This document shows positions 33,061 through 33,200 of a stretch of 33,200 nucleotides of DNA, in pieces. Position 1 is the first letter of the stretch. The number at the start of each line of letters is the position of its first letter. This DNA is from a virus. Its lineage: Duplodnaviria > Caudoviricetes. The position numbers were made by a program, and so were the translations under genes. The DNA is taken from positions 1 through 33,200 of the IMG/VR virus record IMGVR_UViG_3300032232_000235, one strand, 5' to 3'. Below the pieces are notes generated by a model. It did not search any database. It was not told where the DNA came from and saw nothing but the letters and a program-made list of their open reading frames with translations.

Positions 33061-33200
33061 CGACGACCGTCCGGTCTTACATCAATACGCGGTGCACCTA
33101 ACTGCCACTGCGTACCAAGGTCTGATGATGAAATCTTAAATGCCATCTGACGTCCACGTATCCGCACAAACACTTGCTGGGTAAATTGCTGGACGTTATA
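33057..33200 (-). CDS. C-terminal 47 aa of a tail nozzle/stabilisation-like protein (5'-truncated by the window edge), not in the ORF track
   Basis: Reads YNVQQFTQQVFVRIRGRQMAFKISSSDLGTQWQLGAPRIDVRPDGRR*; ATGA-coupled to the next gene; beta-rich RxRGRQ...W.LG..R.D..PDGRR ending seen in podovirus tail proteins. Confidence 0.7.
   Translation of the reverse strand, partial: YNVQQFTQQVFVRIRGRQMAFKISSSDLGTQWQLGAPRIDVRPDGRR

Larger units (their letters stand above)
1..33200. mobile_element. Tailed dsDNA bacteriophage genome segment (early/replication arm on +, virion arm on -)
   Basis: Dense overlapping ORFs; phage-type PolA, SNF2, primase-helicase, VRR-NUC, HNH, DUF3310, and tail/ejection proteins; no host housekeeping genes. 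No integrase or att site in the window, so prophage versus free phage is undetermined. Confidence 0.96.

Noticed and set aside
1-33200. tRNA/rRNA genes, integrase/att sites, alternative genetic code
   Set aside because: Intergenic gaps are tiny and show no cloverleaf; no recombinase motif was found; long ORFs are intact under the standard code with all three stops in use.

Overview
The whole window is part of a tailed dsDNA phage genome (Caudoviricetes, podovirus-like judging by its internal-virion genes) with two convergent arms and no host housekeeping genes. The + arm (1-18148) has three blocks: (i) a MoxR-type AAA+ ATPase / metallopeptidase-VWA / DUF3150-like module ending in tandem terminators; (ii) a VRR-NUC gene followed by a chain of ATGA-coupled mini-genes built from shared motifs, including an RNA polymerase alpha-CTD homologue and an HTH-DUF3310 protein; (iii) a replication module (family A DNA polymerase with Leu762, Cas4-like PD-(D/E)XK nuclease, HNH, SNF2 helicase, Zn-finger SSB-like protein, HTH, AEP primase-DUF927 helicase). 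The - arm (33200-18149) encodes tail proteins and three probable ejected/internal virion proteins of 683, 837 and 3068 aa. The most striking candidate system is this ejection operon. A 152-aa helical protein with a prenyltransferase-like HIWDDLIDKD (DDxxD) motif is translationally coupled between two ejection proteins that carry about 10 copies of an x-[ASMI]-[DEG]-G-G-type motif. The giant protein embeds an L,D-transpeptidase (YkuD) domain and two zincin motifs. All calls rest on motif recognition by eye; no searches were run.
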